Positions 1-9,560 of a DNA stretch of 64,000 nucleotides are shown piece by piece. The stretch is from an uncultured Gammaproteobacteria bacterium (GTDB lineage: Bacteria > Pseudomonadota > Gammaproteobacteria > Xanthomonadales > SZUA-36). Where the stretch lies: the NCBI GenBank assembly GCA_963700705.1, contig CAVOYQ010000022.1, positions 38,218 to 102,217 of the forward strand, written 5' to 3'. Position 1 is the first letter of the stretch. Each line of letters starts with the position of its first letter. The notes under the pieces are model-generated. The model made no database searches. It was not told the DNA's origin and worked only from the letters and a program-made list of their open reading frames with translations. Position numbers and translations under genes: made by a program.

Positions 1-990
1 ATGCATGAACACCGCGGAAACCGCATCAACACTGAAGTCATACTGCAGTTCTACCGCCTTGTTCTGCGGAACACCGAAGAATACCCATGCATCCGTTTCG
101 TTACCACTGTTCAGAGAAGGCAGGTCGTTACCCGGTACGTAGTGGATACCGTCATCCGTGGAATCGAAACCCTGGATGGCCTTGGCGTCGTAGCTGAACA
201 TCGCGCCGTTGCCCGGATTAATGATCGCAGCGCCGCCAAACAGGCCGCCGCTATTGCGTTCGGTGTCGGTGTAGGCCTGCAGGTCACCGCCAATGGCTTC
301 TTCGTACCAGATGCCGTCATCTACATTGCTCGCGCCACCGGTCCAGTTGTCAACCAGTTCCTCGCAATCGCCAGGGCCGTACCATGCCGGCGTGTCCTTG
401 GTTGCTTTGTGCGTGACATGGGTAATCGCCTTTTCGGTATCAGAACCCGGGGTGATGGTACCCATTTCGATCATGACGAAATAGCCTTCAGCAGCACGCT
501 GCTCGCTGTCAGGACCGCCGTCATTCAATTTGCCGGTGTAGGCATAATCGAGGAAAGGCTGGATACCTGCCAGGCCACCGGTTTCCAGTTCTACCTGGTA
601 GTCCTCGTACAGATAAGGAACCGTGCAGGAATCGTCCGGAATGATCAGGATGGTGTCTGTATCATAATCGGTAGGCGTGTAATCGGGAGCAGGTGCGCCA
701 TTGGCGATTGCCGCAACCCACACGTCGTGGTGTGAAAGATACAGGTTGAAGTCAAGGACTTCGCGTGAGTTGAAGCCTTCGTGGAACCGGACTTTCACTG
801 CTTTCGCATTGTCGGTGGTGTTAACCACTGACAGGATCGTCTGGTTACCACCGTTGGCGGTGTAGTACGGATAAATCAGGACTTGTCCCAATCCATCCGG
901 ATTCAGGTTGACTGCCTGTGCGGTGCCTGCAAGTCCGGCAGCACCTGCCAAACCAGCCAACACGGCAGCTGTCAAATTTTTTCTATTCAT
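1..990 (-). CDS. Secreted protein of unknown function (N-terminal ~330 aa; gene runs off the window start); candidate T2SS cargo
   Basis: Absent from the ORF track because it has no stop inside the window. Minus-strand ATG at 990-988 with AGGAG 7 nt upstream. Hand translation MNRKNLTAAVLAGLAGAAGLAGTAQA/VNLNPDGLGQVLIYPYYTANGGNQTILSVVNTTDNAKAVKVRFHEGF... was codon-checked by hand for 661-990 only; the rest to base 1 was read through once without seeing a stop. Classic Sec signal peptide (AQA cleavage). No family recognised. Confidence 0.7.
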   Translation of the reverse strand, partial: MNRKNLTAAVLAGLAGAAGLAGTAQAVNLNPDGLGQVLIYPYYTANGGNQTILSVVNTTDNAKAVKVRFHEGFNSREVLDFNLYLSHHDVWVAAIANGAPAPDYTPTDYDTDTILIIPDDSCTVPYLYEDYQVELETGGLAGIQPFLDYAYTGKLNDGGPDSEQRAAEGYFVMIEMGTITPGSDTEKAITHVTHKATKDTPAWYGPGDCEELVDNWTGGASNVDDGIWYEEAIGGDLQAYTDTERNSGGLFGGAAIINPGNGAMFSYDAKAIQGFDSTDDGIHYVPGNDLPSLNSGNETDAWVFFGVPQNKAVELQYDFSVDAVSAVFMH

Positions 991-1169
991 TACAACACTC
1001 CTAAGTTGTGTACACAGGGCTTGCCAACATACCGGGGCCGAGCCAAGCGCCTCGTAATTGAGCGCCTTGGAAACTCCGTCCCGGTCATTAGCGGCTCAAT
1101 GTTACGATAAACCCCCCTTTAAAGCAACTCGGGGGATTGTAAAAATAGGCCAAGACGGCCGGGTGAAAA

Positions 1170-1606
1170 TCAGCCTTTCGGGGGGACGTACCACCAGTCT
1201 CCGCCGGTTTTGACCCACTGTTCTTCGATCAGGTCGAATCCGTTCCAGGTACTGACTCCCGGGACCGGTGCGCCAACCTGGTAAGTGATGTCCACCCGCA
1301 CGGTGCACGCTTCCCCGGCGCAGGTCTGATCCTTGACTTTTGCAGTCGTCCAGCGCACCCGCTGCAGACGCAACTTGATTTCCAGGTCTGTCTGCGGAAA
1401 CCTTGGCCCGGAAACCCGGCGAGTAATAGGTGTAAGCCGTGGCATAGTCCTTGGCCAGGACCGCATCCCACCGTGCCTGGGCCCGTTCGGCGACGATACT
1501 GTCCGTCGGTGGGCGCCACCGTGGCGCATCCTGTCAATGCTGCAAAAAGCAGGGCAACGGCAATTACGGCGGCGCGCGCCAATGATCGATGATTATTCAT
1601 TGTCAT
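1170..1606 (-). CDS. Small lipoprotein of unknown function, reading frame broken twice
   Basis: Three frame pieces on the minus strand: MTMNNHRSLARAAVIAVALLFAALTGC (lipobox) / SIVAERAQARWDAVLAKDYATAYTYYSPGFRAKVSA / DLEIKLRLQRVRWTTAKVKDQTCAGEACTVRVDITYQ...GGDWWYVPPKG. Frame changes lie near 1497-1505 and 1385-1398. Sits directly downstream of gspD. Confidence 0.55.
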
Positions 1607-1674
1607 AATGTTGATGTCGGTTCCTGTCTGGTTTTATCAATTTTCTGCATTTCTGGAGCCAGCATGCGGCGTTT

Positions 1675-3965
1675 TCAATCCGGGTTCAGAAGTTCGGCTT
1701 CGTCAGGCTCGGTATTCAGACGCTCAGCTTCTTTGTTCAGCCTGGAGACTTTTAACGGCGGAACCCGCGAGAATTCCTTCTCCATGTCCTCGCTGATGTC
1801 TTTCAGGTCAACTGCGGTCTCGATCACGGTCGGCGTGATCATGACCAGGGTTTCGCTGCGGTTCTGCGCCTTGGTTTTCGAGCCGAAAAGCGGCCCGATC
1901 AGCGGCAGCCGGCTCAGGTAGGGAACGCCGGTTCGGCCCCTTGAATCCTGCTCGGCAATAAGACCGCCGAGGAACACGGTCTGGCCGGACTGGACCGCCA
2001 CCTGGCTGGTGACGGACTTGTTGTTGATCGGCGGGTTTCCGCTGGTCGAGATATCCGGATCGCGTGCGCCGGGCCGGCTGACGTCCTGCGAAATATCCAT
2101 GTAGACCAGGCCGCCCGGATTGATGCGGGGCGTCACGGTCAGCGTCACGCCGGTTGACACGTACTGGGCGCTGCTGACCACGTTGTTGTTGCCGGTGGAA
2201 ATGGACGAGGACTGCACCGGCACCTGGGTGCCCACGGTAATGGTCGCGGTGGCATTGTTTCTCACCAGCAGGGACGGTGCGGCCAGCGAGCGCACGTCGG
2301 TGACCTCGTCCAGCGCGGCGATGGTTGCCCGGATGAAAGGCATGCCATTGGCCAGCGGTGTCGCCAGCGTGGTCAGAAAATTGAACCCTCCGGACTCCGA
2401 GCTGCCGCTGCCGAATGCCGCACTCTGCACGTATTGATCGATGTCCGCGATTCCGGCAGGAATCAGGTTGGGATTATTGGTCAGAAACCAGTTGACGCCA
2501 AACTGCAATTCCTCGTTCAGTTCCACGTCGAGCACCTGTGACTCGATCAGCACCTGCAGGGGTTCGATGTCGATTCGTTCGATGGCCGCCTCGACCGCGG
2601 TGAATTCAGCCTGGGTCGCCTGGATCAACAGGGAGTTGGTTTCAACCACGGAAGTGATGCGTATGTCGCCGGTGCCGATATCAATGGAACCGGCCTGGCT
2701 ACCCTGTTTTCCGCCCTGCTGCTCCATCCCCAGGCGGTTCTGGTTAAAATCCGAAACCGACCCCACGGTGGCCGGCTCCAGGCCCGGCGCCAGCGTGCCT
2801 TGCGACCGGTTCTGCGAGGTTTGGGTCCCGCCCTGCCCGCCAAACAATTGCGTCAGGTAACCCGCCAGGACAGCGGCTTCGAGGTTTTTGACACGGTACA
2901 CGTATAGTTGCTTGCCGGCCCCGGCGGCGCCCGCGGTCGAGGATTTTGATCCATTCCTCGGCCTTGTACAGGTATTCTTTTTCGAACGTGATCACCATCA
3001 CGGAACCCAGGCGCTCGAGCGGAATAAACCGGAACATGCCGGCCAGCGGTGATTCGGCAGCCGAGCCGAAAATGCCTTCGAGTTCCGTGATGATCGAAGT
3101 TACGTCGACGGTCTTCAGCGGATAAATGCCCACCGACATCCCGGCCAGCCAGTCGACATCAAAAATTTCGACGGTCTTGAGGTAGTTTCTCAACTCCTCG
3201 GGTGTACCGGCCAGGAAAATCATCTGGCGGAAGGCGTCTGCCTGCACGATGGCTCCGTCCCGGACATAGGGCTCCAGGATTTTCGCCATTTCACTGGCCG
3301 CGATGTACTGCAACGGCACGGCGCGGACTTCATAACCGCGGGCCTGGTCGTCACTGCCTATTTCCGGAAACAGGTGTCCCTTGATCGCGTCCGCCACCGG
3401 CAGGATATGGTAGCGCCCCTCGGTATACACCATGGTGGCGCCGTTCCAGCGCAACAACAGTTCGAGGATCGGCATCAACTGGTCGCGGTTGACCGGCTTG
3501 GAGGTGGAAAACGTTACTTCGCCGCTCACACCGGGGCCGATGACGAACGTCTCCTGCAAAACCTCGCCCAGGATCGTGTGCACGACGGACTGGATGGACT
3601 CTCCTTCAAAATTCAATACGATCTCGCCGTCTTCGGCGACGACTTCGGGCGCCCGGACAGCGGCTTCTTCGTTGATGAATACGCCGGTTCCCTCGTAGAC
3701 CTCGATCGCGGTCACCCCGGGAGTCGGATTGACCGTGGATCGTGATGACCGGCTCGGAATCAGGAATCGGCGTTGAGGCCGTTTTGATGGTTTTACCCGT
3801 GCTGACCGGTCCGATAGGCATGCGGGGGGTGGTCGAGCAGGCAGCGGCCACCAGGATCACCAGCGTCATCAGGGCCATCCTGCTGGCCAAAGTGGGCCGG
3901 GTTACCGCCGGCCAGCTTGCCGGTATTCCAGGCCGCGAACAGTGATCGGAGTGATTCGTTTTCAT
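1675..3965 (-). CDS. gspD: Type II secretion secretin GspD/XpsD-type, probable liposecretin; frame broken twice
   Basis: ORF 2744-3715 carries the N0/N1-like part (IVLNFEGESIQSVVHTILGEVLQETFVIGPGVSGEVTF). ORF 1675-2901 carries the secretin core (VYRVKNLEAAVLAGYL...ITPTVI). The N-terminal piece (ORF 3606-3995) has the lipobox LVILVAAAC. Frames join at ~3712-3725 (CCCCGGG run) and ~2915-2936 (G/C runs). Start is either ATG 3965 or ATG 3878. Confidence 0.85.
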
Positions 3966-3984
3966 CCCCGGTATCCTTTTATGA

Positions 3985-4767
3985 TTAGTTTTCATCTTGT
4001 TGTTCTTTCGGCTTCACACCCATCAGCATCGATTGGAGTTCCTTGCGGTATTCCCTGGGATCGACGTCGTCTTCGCCCTTTTCTTCGGCGGCCCGCCTCA
4101 ACTCCTCTCTTCTTTCCGCGATGCGCTGACGAATTTCTTCCGCCCGTGTCAGCGGCTGGTCGGTTCCGTCCTGGCTCACTTGCGAAGTCGGTTCCGAGGA
4201 AGCGCTTCTGGCCGGCGTTACCGGCTTGGGCGGCGTTGCAATGGCCATGTCATGAACCTGCAGCTTCAATTGCACTTCCTCACCGCGCCCGGAAGCCAGC
4301 GTGATCTGCCGTGGCTCGATCCGGCTCACCTGCCAGCTGCCATAATTGCCGTGCAGGGGCTGCCCTTCAAACGCCACCAGTGACTCCGGCTGGTCCTTGG
4401 TTTTCAGGGTGACCATCCGGATCGATGGTGTAATGATGACACCGGATAATTCAAACTCGGGCGCATCGACTTCCTCTTCCGCCAGCTCTTCATCATTGCC
4501 GGCGGCGGAATCGTCTTCAAGCGCCGGCAGCCGGCTCTCGTTGAATACCGGCCGCTCGACTATGACTGCATAAGTCTCGATCGGTTCATTCTCCGCCAGT
4601 TCAGGCACGTTGATGACAAGATCGGCTTCATCGGGGTCACTATCCAAATCCGGCACGGATGGCGGTAACGATCCGATCACCATGAGCACCAATGATATCA
4701 ACAGCAGGCCGCCGCAAATTGACGCCAGTACGATAGCCACGGGATTGCCTTCGAACGACTTGATCAT
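3985..4767 (-). CDS. Bitopic T2SS inner-membrane component, XpsN/GspC-like
   Basis: 260 aa with one N-terminal TM (VAIVLASICGGLLLISLVLMVIG), acidic linkers and a C-terminal beta-rich domain. Occupies the XpsN position between gspM and gspD, as in Xanthomonas xpsE-N,D clusters. 4-nt overlap with gspM. Confidence 0.6.
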   Translation of the reverse strand: MIKSFEGNPVAIVLASICGGLLLISLVLMVIGSLPPSVPDLDSDPDEADLVINVPELAENEPIETYAVIVERPVFNESRLPALEDDSAAGNDEELAEEEVDAPEFELSGVIITPSIRMVTLKTKDQPESLVAFEGQPLHGNYGSWQVSRIEPRQITLASGRGEEVQLKLQVHDMAIATPPKPVTPARSASSEPTSQVSQDGTDQPLTRAEEIRQRIAERREELRRAAEEKGEDDVDPREYRKELQSMLMGVKPKEQQDEN

Positions 4768-5354
4768 GGCTCACTGCCTTTACTCAGGTAACCCGACATG
4801 TTGAAGCGGATATCCAGGGCGGTTTCACCCGACTCAGTAAGGCTGTTGGACCGTCTGCGGGACCGGGGCTTGATCACCGTGACCTCGTCTGCAATGACCA
4901 TCGGAATCGTGGTTTCCAGCGCGTACAAAACCTTCTCAAAATCTTCGATGCTACACCGCATGCGCACGTTTACGGTCACTTTTTCAAACCGCTCCTGGAC
5001 CCTCGGCCTGACCGGCTGACGGCTGACGATCTGGCAGGTGTCCTCGGCCTGGATGCTGACTATCTGGTTCAGGCGTTCCGACATTTCAGCGGCCGCCTCG
5101 TTGAAATCGCTGCCTTCCAGAAACAGGTTCTCGTCTGATTTACGGTTTTCAAGGTCCTCCAGCAACGACTCGTAGTGTGTTTTCTGCGCAGCGACACGTT
5201 CGAACCGTCCGAGCTGTTCAGACAGGTCCGAAATTTCACTGCTGTACTCCAGGTGACGCAGGATGAACCAATGGAAACACAACAGGTACACCATGATCAC
5301 GACAATCACGAACAGCAGGATCGCGGCCAGGCGGTTATTTCCCTGTTGCAGCAA
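4764..5354 (-). CDS. gspM: Type II secretion protein GspM
   Basis: 196 aa with a single N-terminal TM (LAAILLFVIVVIMVYLLCF) followed by a coiled-coil/ferredoxin-like region. Located between gspL and the gspN/C-like gene. Confidence 0.7.
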   Translation of the reverse strand: MLQQGNNRLAAILLFVIVVIMVYLLCFHWFILRHLEYSSEISDLSEQLGRFERVAAQKTHYESLLEDLENRKSDENLFLEGSDFNEAAAEMSERLNQIVSIQAEDTCQIVSRQPVRPRVQERFEKVTVNVRMRCSIEDFEKVLYALETTIPMVIADEVTVIKPRSRRRSNSLTESGETALDIRFNMSGYLSKGSEP

Positions 5355-5363
5355 CCAGCGCCA

Positions 5364-6482
5364 TCAATTCGCCCCTGCCGCGTTGATTTCAGCATTCACT
5401 TCAAAAATTTCCAGGCCGGAACGGGCATCCAGCCGGGTTGAGCCACGAAATGCCGCGGCGTCGAGCAGGCCGGATCCGTTCACCAGCTCGATCAACTGCT
5501 GAGCGTTTTTTGATTTTCCCTGCATCTGGACACTCGAGTTGGTAATCACCAGGCGGTCAAGATACGTGTCATCGGGCAGGATACGCGTGACGTCCGCCAG
5601 CACTTCGATCGCCAGCGGAGCCGCGGAGCGCCTGCGCGCGAGGAAGCCCGCGGCAGCGCTGGCCTCCTCGATCTGTTTCTTGATCTGCATGACTTCGCGG
5701 GCTTCTCCCTGGACCGCGGCAATTGCGTCCTCGAGCTGAGTAATCTGGTGTGCCCGCAGGTAAAGTGACTGCGCCATGACCAGCGCCAGCAATACACAAG
5801 CCAGTGCACCCAGGGCAAGGCTCAGGCGCGTCCTGGGGTTGCTCCTGCGAGCCCTGCGGTCCGGCGGCAGAAGGTTCACGCCGAGCGTTCGGCCGTGATC
5901 GGCGATATCGACGCCGGACAGGTGAAGTCCCCGGCCGGCCACGACCTTCAGGGCCTCATCAATTCCGGCTTTTGGCGCCACGAATATTTCCAGGCGAAGC
6001 TGACCGCTCTCACCGCCCCGCTCCAGGACCTTCCAGTCGAAGTAGACGTCTGAAGCCTTGAACGGTGTTTGCCGGTCCATTTCAAACGACAAAACCTGTG
6101 CCAGGCTGGATTCCGCCGCCAGGGGAAGTTTCAATTCCCGGTTGAGGACCGACCCGATATCCAGCAATAAAAACCGCGGCGCCTCCTGCAATTCATTCCT
6201 CAACAGGAGGTTTTCGACTTCCCTCTGCTGCAAGGATTCGTCCTGCGTGATGGAAAACACCTCCAGGATCTGCAGCTCCCGGTTTTCGTCCAGACCGACC
6301 GTCAGTGAGTCACCTTCCAGCACGACTGTAACGCGGCGCATGGCGTGCTGAATCCTTTGCTGCCAGGCAGCAGGCATCGCCTGCCGGAGCTCCTCGAACC
6401 ACCAGCGCAAAAACGTACCGGCCGGTCCCGCCTTCAGCCAGCTGAAAAGTTGCATCAATTTTTCTTCAAACACTTTCAGCAT
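5364..6482 (-). CDS. gspL: Type II secretion protein GspL
   Basis: Cytoplasmic actin-like N-domain, central TM (LSLALGALACVLLALVMAQSL) and periplasmic C-domain. Start chosen at MLKVFEEKL (ATG 6482), 7 nt after the gspK stop. Confidence 0.75.
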   Translation of the reverse strand: MLKVFEEKLMQLFSWLKAGPAGTFLRWWFEELRQAMPAAWQQRIQHAMRRVTVVLEGDSLTVGLDENRELQILEVFSITQDESLQQREVENLLLRNELQEAPRFLLLDIGSVLNRELKLPLAAESSLAQVLSFEMDRQTPFKASDVYFDWKVLERGGESGQLRLEIFVAPKAGIDEALKVVAGRGLHLSGVDIADHGRTLGVNLLPPDRRARRSNPRTRLSLALGALACVLLALVMAQSLYLRAHQITQLEDAIAAVQGEAREVMQIKKQIEEASAAAGFLARRRSAAPLAIEVLADVTRILPDDTYLDRLVITNSSVQMQGKSKNAQQLIELVNGSGLLDAAAFRGSTRLDARSGLEIFEVNAEINAAGAN

Positions 6483-6489
6483 GGTGTTC

Positions 6490-7410
6490 TCAGTTATGGA
6501 ATCCTTCGCGCCAGCGCAGTACCTTGTAAGGAAGACCATCCCCGCTGCCACCCAGCCGGATCGTCGCCTCTACCTGGTCCCAGATGCCGTTGGGCAAGGT
6601 TGCTTTGGCGAGCACACTATACGTGAGCCCCCGCCCACGCGCCATGGCCACCTGGCCATTGGGGAGGGCGAGTCCGGCGCCCGATGCCGCATCCTGCGAC
6701 TGTCTCTCTTCGACGAACTCCCTGGCTTCCTCTTCACTCATGTCCGGCAGGGCCAAAAGCGCTTCCAGCGGGGCAAACGCAGGATCCGGGATTCCCGATT
6801 CCGAAAACACGGTCAACCCCGGCTCGATCTTTTTGAACAGCTCCCAGGGCATGCCCAGGACCTGCAAGACTTCCTCGACCATCAGGAAGGGGCGGTTTCC
6901 GGGGCCGGCTTCGATCCCCAAAGACTCGTAAGCGGAAAGCTCCGCACCGTTGGCCCGCTCGATTTCATCCACGTCGGACCAGTCCAGCAAAGCTGCGGCC
7001 AGCGTTACAGCCTGTTCCTTGTCCAACCCACTACCCTCAAACAGGTTCAGCAAAGTTTCCTCGTCAACCGAGTTGATGTCGACCTTGCCCCGCTCGTCGG
7101 TAATCTGAACTTCAACCGCCATGTCCTGTATCTGGAACAAATACGGCCGCCCGTCCGCAATCAGCCGCGTCAACTCATCCGGGTCCCGCAACCCCAGCAC
7201 GGCGAAGTTGATCCCGGATTCTGCCGCCATCCTCGCACGGGTGCCGGAAATAACCGTGTGGGCTTCCAGCTGATCCATGCGGGCCATCAGCGTGTACGCA
7301 CCGGTGGATATCGTCACCAACAAAAGGATCCACAGGACGATGACCAGCGCAATACCGCGCTGGAACCGGCGCGTGACAGCCTGCATGGGGCGTTTCATGT
7401 GCGTGCTCAA
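6490..7410 (-). CDS. gspK: Type II secretion minor pseudopilin GspK
   Basis: 306 aa. N-terminal QRGIALVIVLWILLLVTISTGAY is typical of GspK. 4-nt overlap with gspJ. Confidence 0.85.
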   Translation of the reverse strand: MSTHMKRPMQAVTRRFQRGIALVIVLWILLLVTISTGAYTLMARMDQLEAHTVISGTRARMAAESGINFAVLGLRDPDELTRLIADGRPYLFQIQDMAVEVQITDERGKVDINSVDEETLLNLFEGSGLDKEQAVTLAAALLDWSDVDEIERANGAELSAYESLGIEAGPGNRPFLMVEEVLQVLGMPWELFKKIEPGLTVFSESGIPDPAFAPLEALLALPDMSEEEAREFVEERQSQDAASGAGLALPNGQVAMARGRGLTYSVLAKATLPNGIWDQVEATIRLGGSGDGLPYKVLRWREGFHN

Positions 7411-8108
7411 TTCCGGTTACCCCGCCTGTTGATCATGTCCTGAATGGCCCGCTGGTAGGTCGGTTCGTCACTCTGGATCAAGTCATCCAGGGCCGATGAA
7501 TCAACCCGCACGGATGCCGTCAGCAACGGCCATTTCAGGTAGACCTCTTCGGTAAACTCGATATCGAGTGAGACGGACGCCGGCAGGACGCCAGGCTGAT
7601 CCCACTGGCTGACCCAGGTTGTCAATTCGCCCTGTTCATCCCGGCCAAGAAAACTGAATTCCCCGGATTCGATTTTATCGACCAGCACAATCGGTTCACG
7701 CTGATACAGGTTCTGTTCTTCGAATCCCTGCAACAGGGCGTGCGACAGGACCAGTTCATCACCATCCTTACCCGGAACCAGCGCCAGTTCCTGCACCTGC
7801 GGCCCGCCGAACCCGAGGTAGCCGGGCATGGGCGCTACGAATCGTATTTTTCTTGCATCCCCTTCGAACACGATGCGGCCGCCATCGGTTTCATTTTCAG
7901 CAAAACCCAAAAACGCCATCTGGTTCAATTGCTTCCTGACAAACTGGTGCGCCATCCGGATCTGGCCGCTCTGTTCGAGGATCGCCTGGCCCTTGTCGGC
8001 GGCCCGGGTCGAAGCCCTCAATCCGCCGTAAGCCAGCGAAAGCAACATACCCATCAGGACCAGGGCAAGCAGCACTTCGACCAGGGTGAAACCATCGGCG
8101 CGTTTCAT
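7407..8108 (-). CDS. gspJ: Type II secretion minor pseudopilin GspJ
   Basis: Prepilin leader MKRADG/FTLVEVLLALVLMGMLL; 233 aa; operon position. Confidence 0.85.
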   Translation of the reverse strand: MKRADGFTLVEVLLALVLMGMLLSLAYGGLRASTRAADKGQAILEQSGQIRMAHQFVRKQLNQMAFLGFAENETDGGRIVFEGDARKIRFVAPMPGYLGFGGPQVQELALVPGKDGDELVLSHALLQGFEEQNLYQREPIVLVDKIESGEFSFLGRDEQGELTTWVSQWDQPGVLPASVSLDIEFTEEVYLKWPLLTASVRVDSSALDDLIQSDEPTYQRAIQDMINRRGNRN

Positions 8109-8581
8109 GACTGGTTCCCGAGCTGCGACAACACGGCTTTTATCGTGCTGAAGTAGCGGGTCTGTTCCCTTGGCGGCTCTCCCCAGGAAATGGCGAGGTC
8201 CACCTCCAAAAGCGTAATGCCGGTCAATTCAGACAACTCCACGCTGTGCGTATTTTCGGCGCCACCGGCGTAATTCTGGATAGTGATTTCCCACTTGTAC
8301 TCACCCGCTTCACCGTTGACAAAAAATCCGGCCTCCAGAGGTATTTCCAATCCCACCTGGTCCATTAATGACTGTGCCGTGAGCGCGGCTTCGGAGTAGT
8401 GCCGCGCCCGGACCGTGTTGCGCATTGAACCGGAAAGGATTTCCAGCACCGTGGCAAAACTCAAGGCGAATACGACAAAGGCCAGCAGCAGTTCGAGCAG
8501 GGTGAATCCCCGCCCGCCCCGCGGCAGACCGGGGGAATCCCGTCTTGCTTGTGTCCTTTGCCCGCCTTTCACGTCAGTCAT
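8105..8581 (-). CDS. gspI: Type II secretion minor pseudopilin GspI
   Basis: Prepilin motif RGGRG/FTLLELLLAFVVFALSF; operon position. Confidence 0.8.
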   Translation of the reverse strand: MTDVKGGQRTQARRDSPGLPRGGRGFTLLELLLAFVVFALSFATVLEILSGSMRNTVRARHYSEAALTAQSLMDQVGLEIPLEAGFFVNGEAGEYKWEITIQNYAGGAENTHSVELSELTGITLLEVDLAISWGEPPREQTRYFSTIKAVLSQLGNQS

Positions 8582-9059
8582 CCGGCCTTTCGACCGAAGC
8601 TTCGCCGGTCAACCAGGCCACATTGACCCGGTAGACGCGCCCATTGGCCTCCAGCCGGACGTTGCCGCCGGTGGAGCCTCCGTCCGGATAGAAGCGGATT
8701 CCACCGGCGGTTTCCGACGTCAGTTCTGATCGTGCAGTATTCAATTCGGCTTTCATCCCTTCGGGTAATTTTTCAGGTTTACGTTCCGCGGCCTGGAAAG
8801 TGAGTTCCTCGGTATCCAGCAGGAACACCTGCTCGGTTTTTTTCAGGATCGCCTGGGTACGCGTGTATCGGAGTCCTGCGGCCACTTTACCGGCGGCGAC
8901 CCGCATTTCGGCACCGCTGATATTGCGCGAAATGGAAGTACCGACCAGCGCCATCATCATCGCAACAATGACCAGCACGACCAGCATTTCAACCAATGTA
9001 AAGCCACCGGGAGGCCGGCTGGCCCGGAGCGGGAGCCTTGCCTTAATGGATCCGCTCAA
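8574..9059 (-). CDS. gspH: Type II secretion minor pseudopilin GspH
   Basis: Prepilin motif PPGG/FTLVEMLVVLVIVAMMM; 161 aa. Confidence 0.8.
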   Translation of the reverse strand: MSGSIKARLPLRASRPPGGFTLVEMLVVLVIVAMMMALVGTSISRNISGAEMRVAAGKVAAGLRYTRTQAILKKTEQVFLLDTEELTFQAAERKPEKLPEGMKAELNTARSELTSETAGGIRFYPDGGSTGGNVRLEANGRVYRVNVAWLTGEASVERPDD

Positions 9060-9065
9060 TTGAGA

Positions 9066-9503
9066 CTAATCCCAACTGTTGATGTCCGCGTTCTTGTCTT
9101 CACCGCCGGGTTGCCCATCGGCGCCCAGCGAGTAGATGTCAAAATCGCCGTGCTCCCCCGGATAGTCATAGACATATTCCCTGCCCCAGGGGTCCTTGAG
9201 ACTGGAAGGCTTGACGTAAGGACCATTCCAGCCCGGTACATCACCGGATTCGTTGACCAGTTCTTCCAGGCTGTCCGGCGTGATGCCGGTATCGAGGTAG
9301 TAACTTTCCACGGCCATTGCCAGCCGGTTGATCTGCGAAGAGGCTGCCTTGACCTTGGCGCCCTCGGCCTTGCCGATGATTCCGGGCAGCACGAGCCCCC
9401 CGATCAGGGCAAGGATGACCAGTACCAGTAACAACTCAACCAGCGTAAAACCGCTAAATTTCCGTTGGTGGCGGAAGCCGCCATTCTTTGTCATGACTTT
9501 CAT
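9066..9503 (-). CDS. gspG: Type II secretion major pseudopilin GspG
   Basis: KFSG/FTLVELLLVLVILALIGGLVLP...DPWGREYVYDYPGEHGDFDIYSLGADGQPGGEDKNADINSW is the canonical GspG sequence. Confidence 0.95.
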   Translation of the reverse strand: MKVMTKNGGFRHQRKFSGFTLVELLLVLVILALIGGLVLPGIIGKAEGAKVKAASSQINRLAMAVESYYLDTGITPDSLEELVNESGDVPGWNGPYVKPSSLKDPWGREYVYDYPGEHGDFDIYSLGADGQPGGEDKNADINSWD

Positions 9504-9560
9504 AAATATTCAAATCCCTGGTTTCAGATTTCTGCAGTATGCACCCGTCCGGCTATTAAC

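Noticed and set aside
3936-3995. Tandem-looking duplication ATGAAAAC(T/G)AATCA giving MKTNH...MKTNH
   Set aside because: The first copy is simply the end of the XpsN-like gene (…GATGAAAACTAA) and the second is a candidate gspD start. A short coincidence, with no evidence of a repeat unit.
6481-7443. 320-aa ORF on the + strand
   Set aside because: It lies antisense to gspK/gspL. Its Arg/Pro/Gly-rich, low-complexity translation is typical of shadow ORFs in GC-rich DNA, while the minus-strand genes have clear pseudopilin/GspL features.
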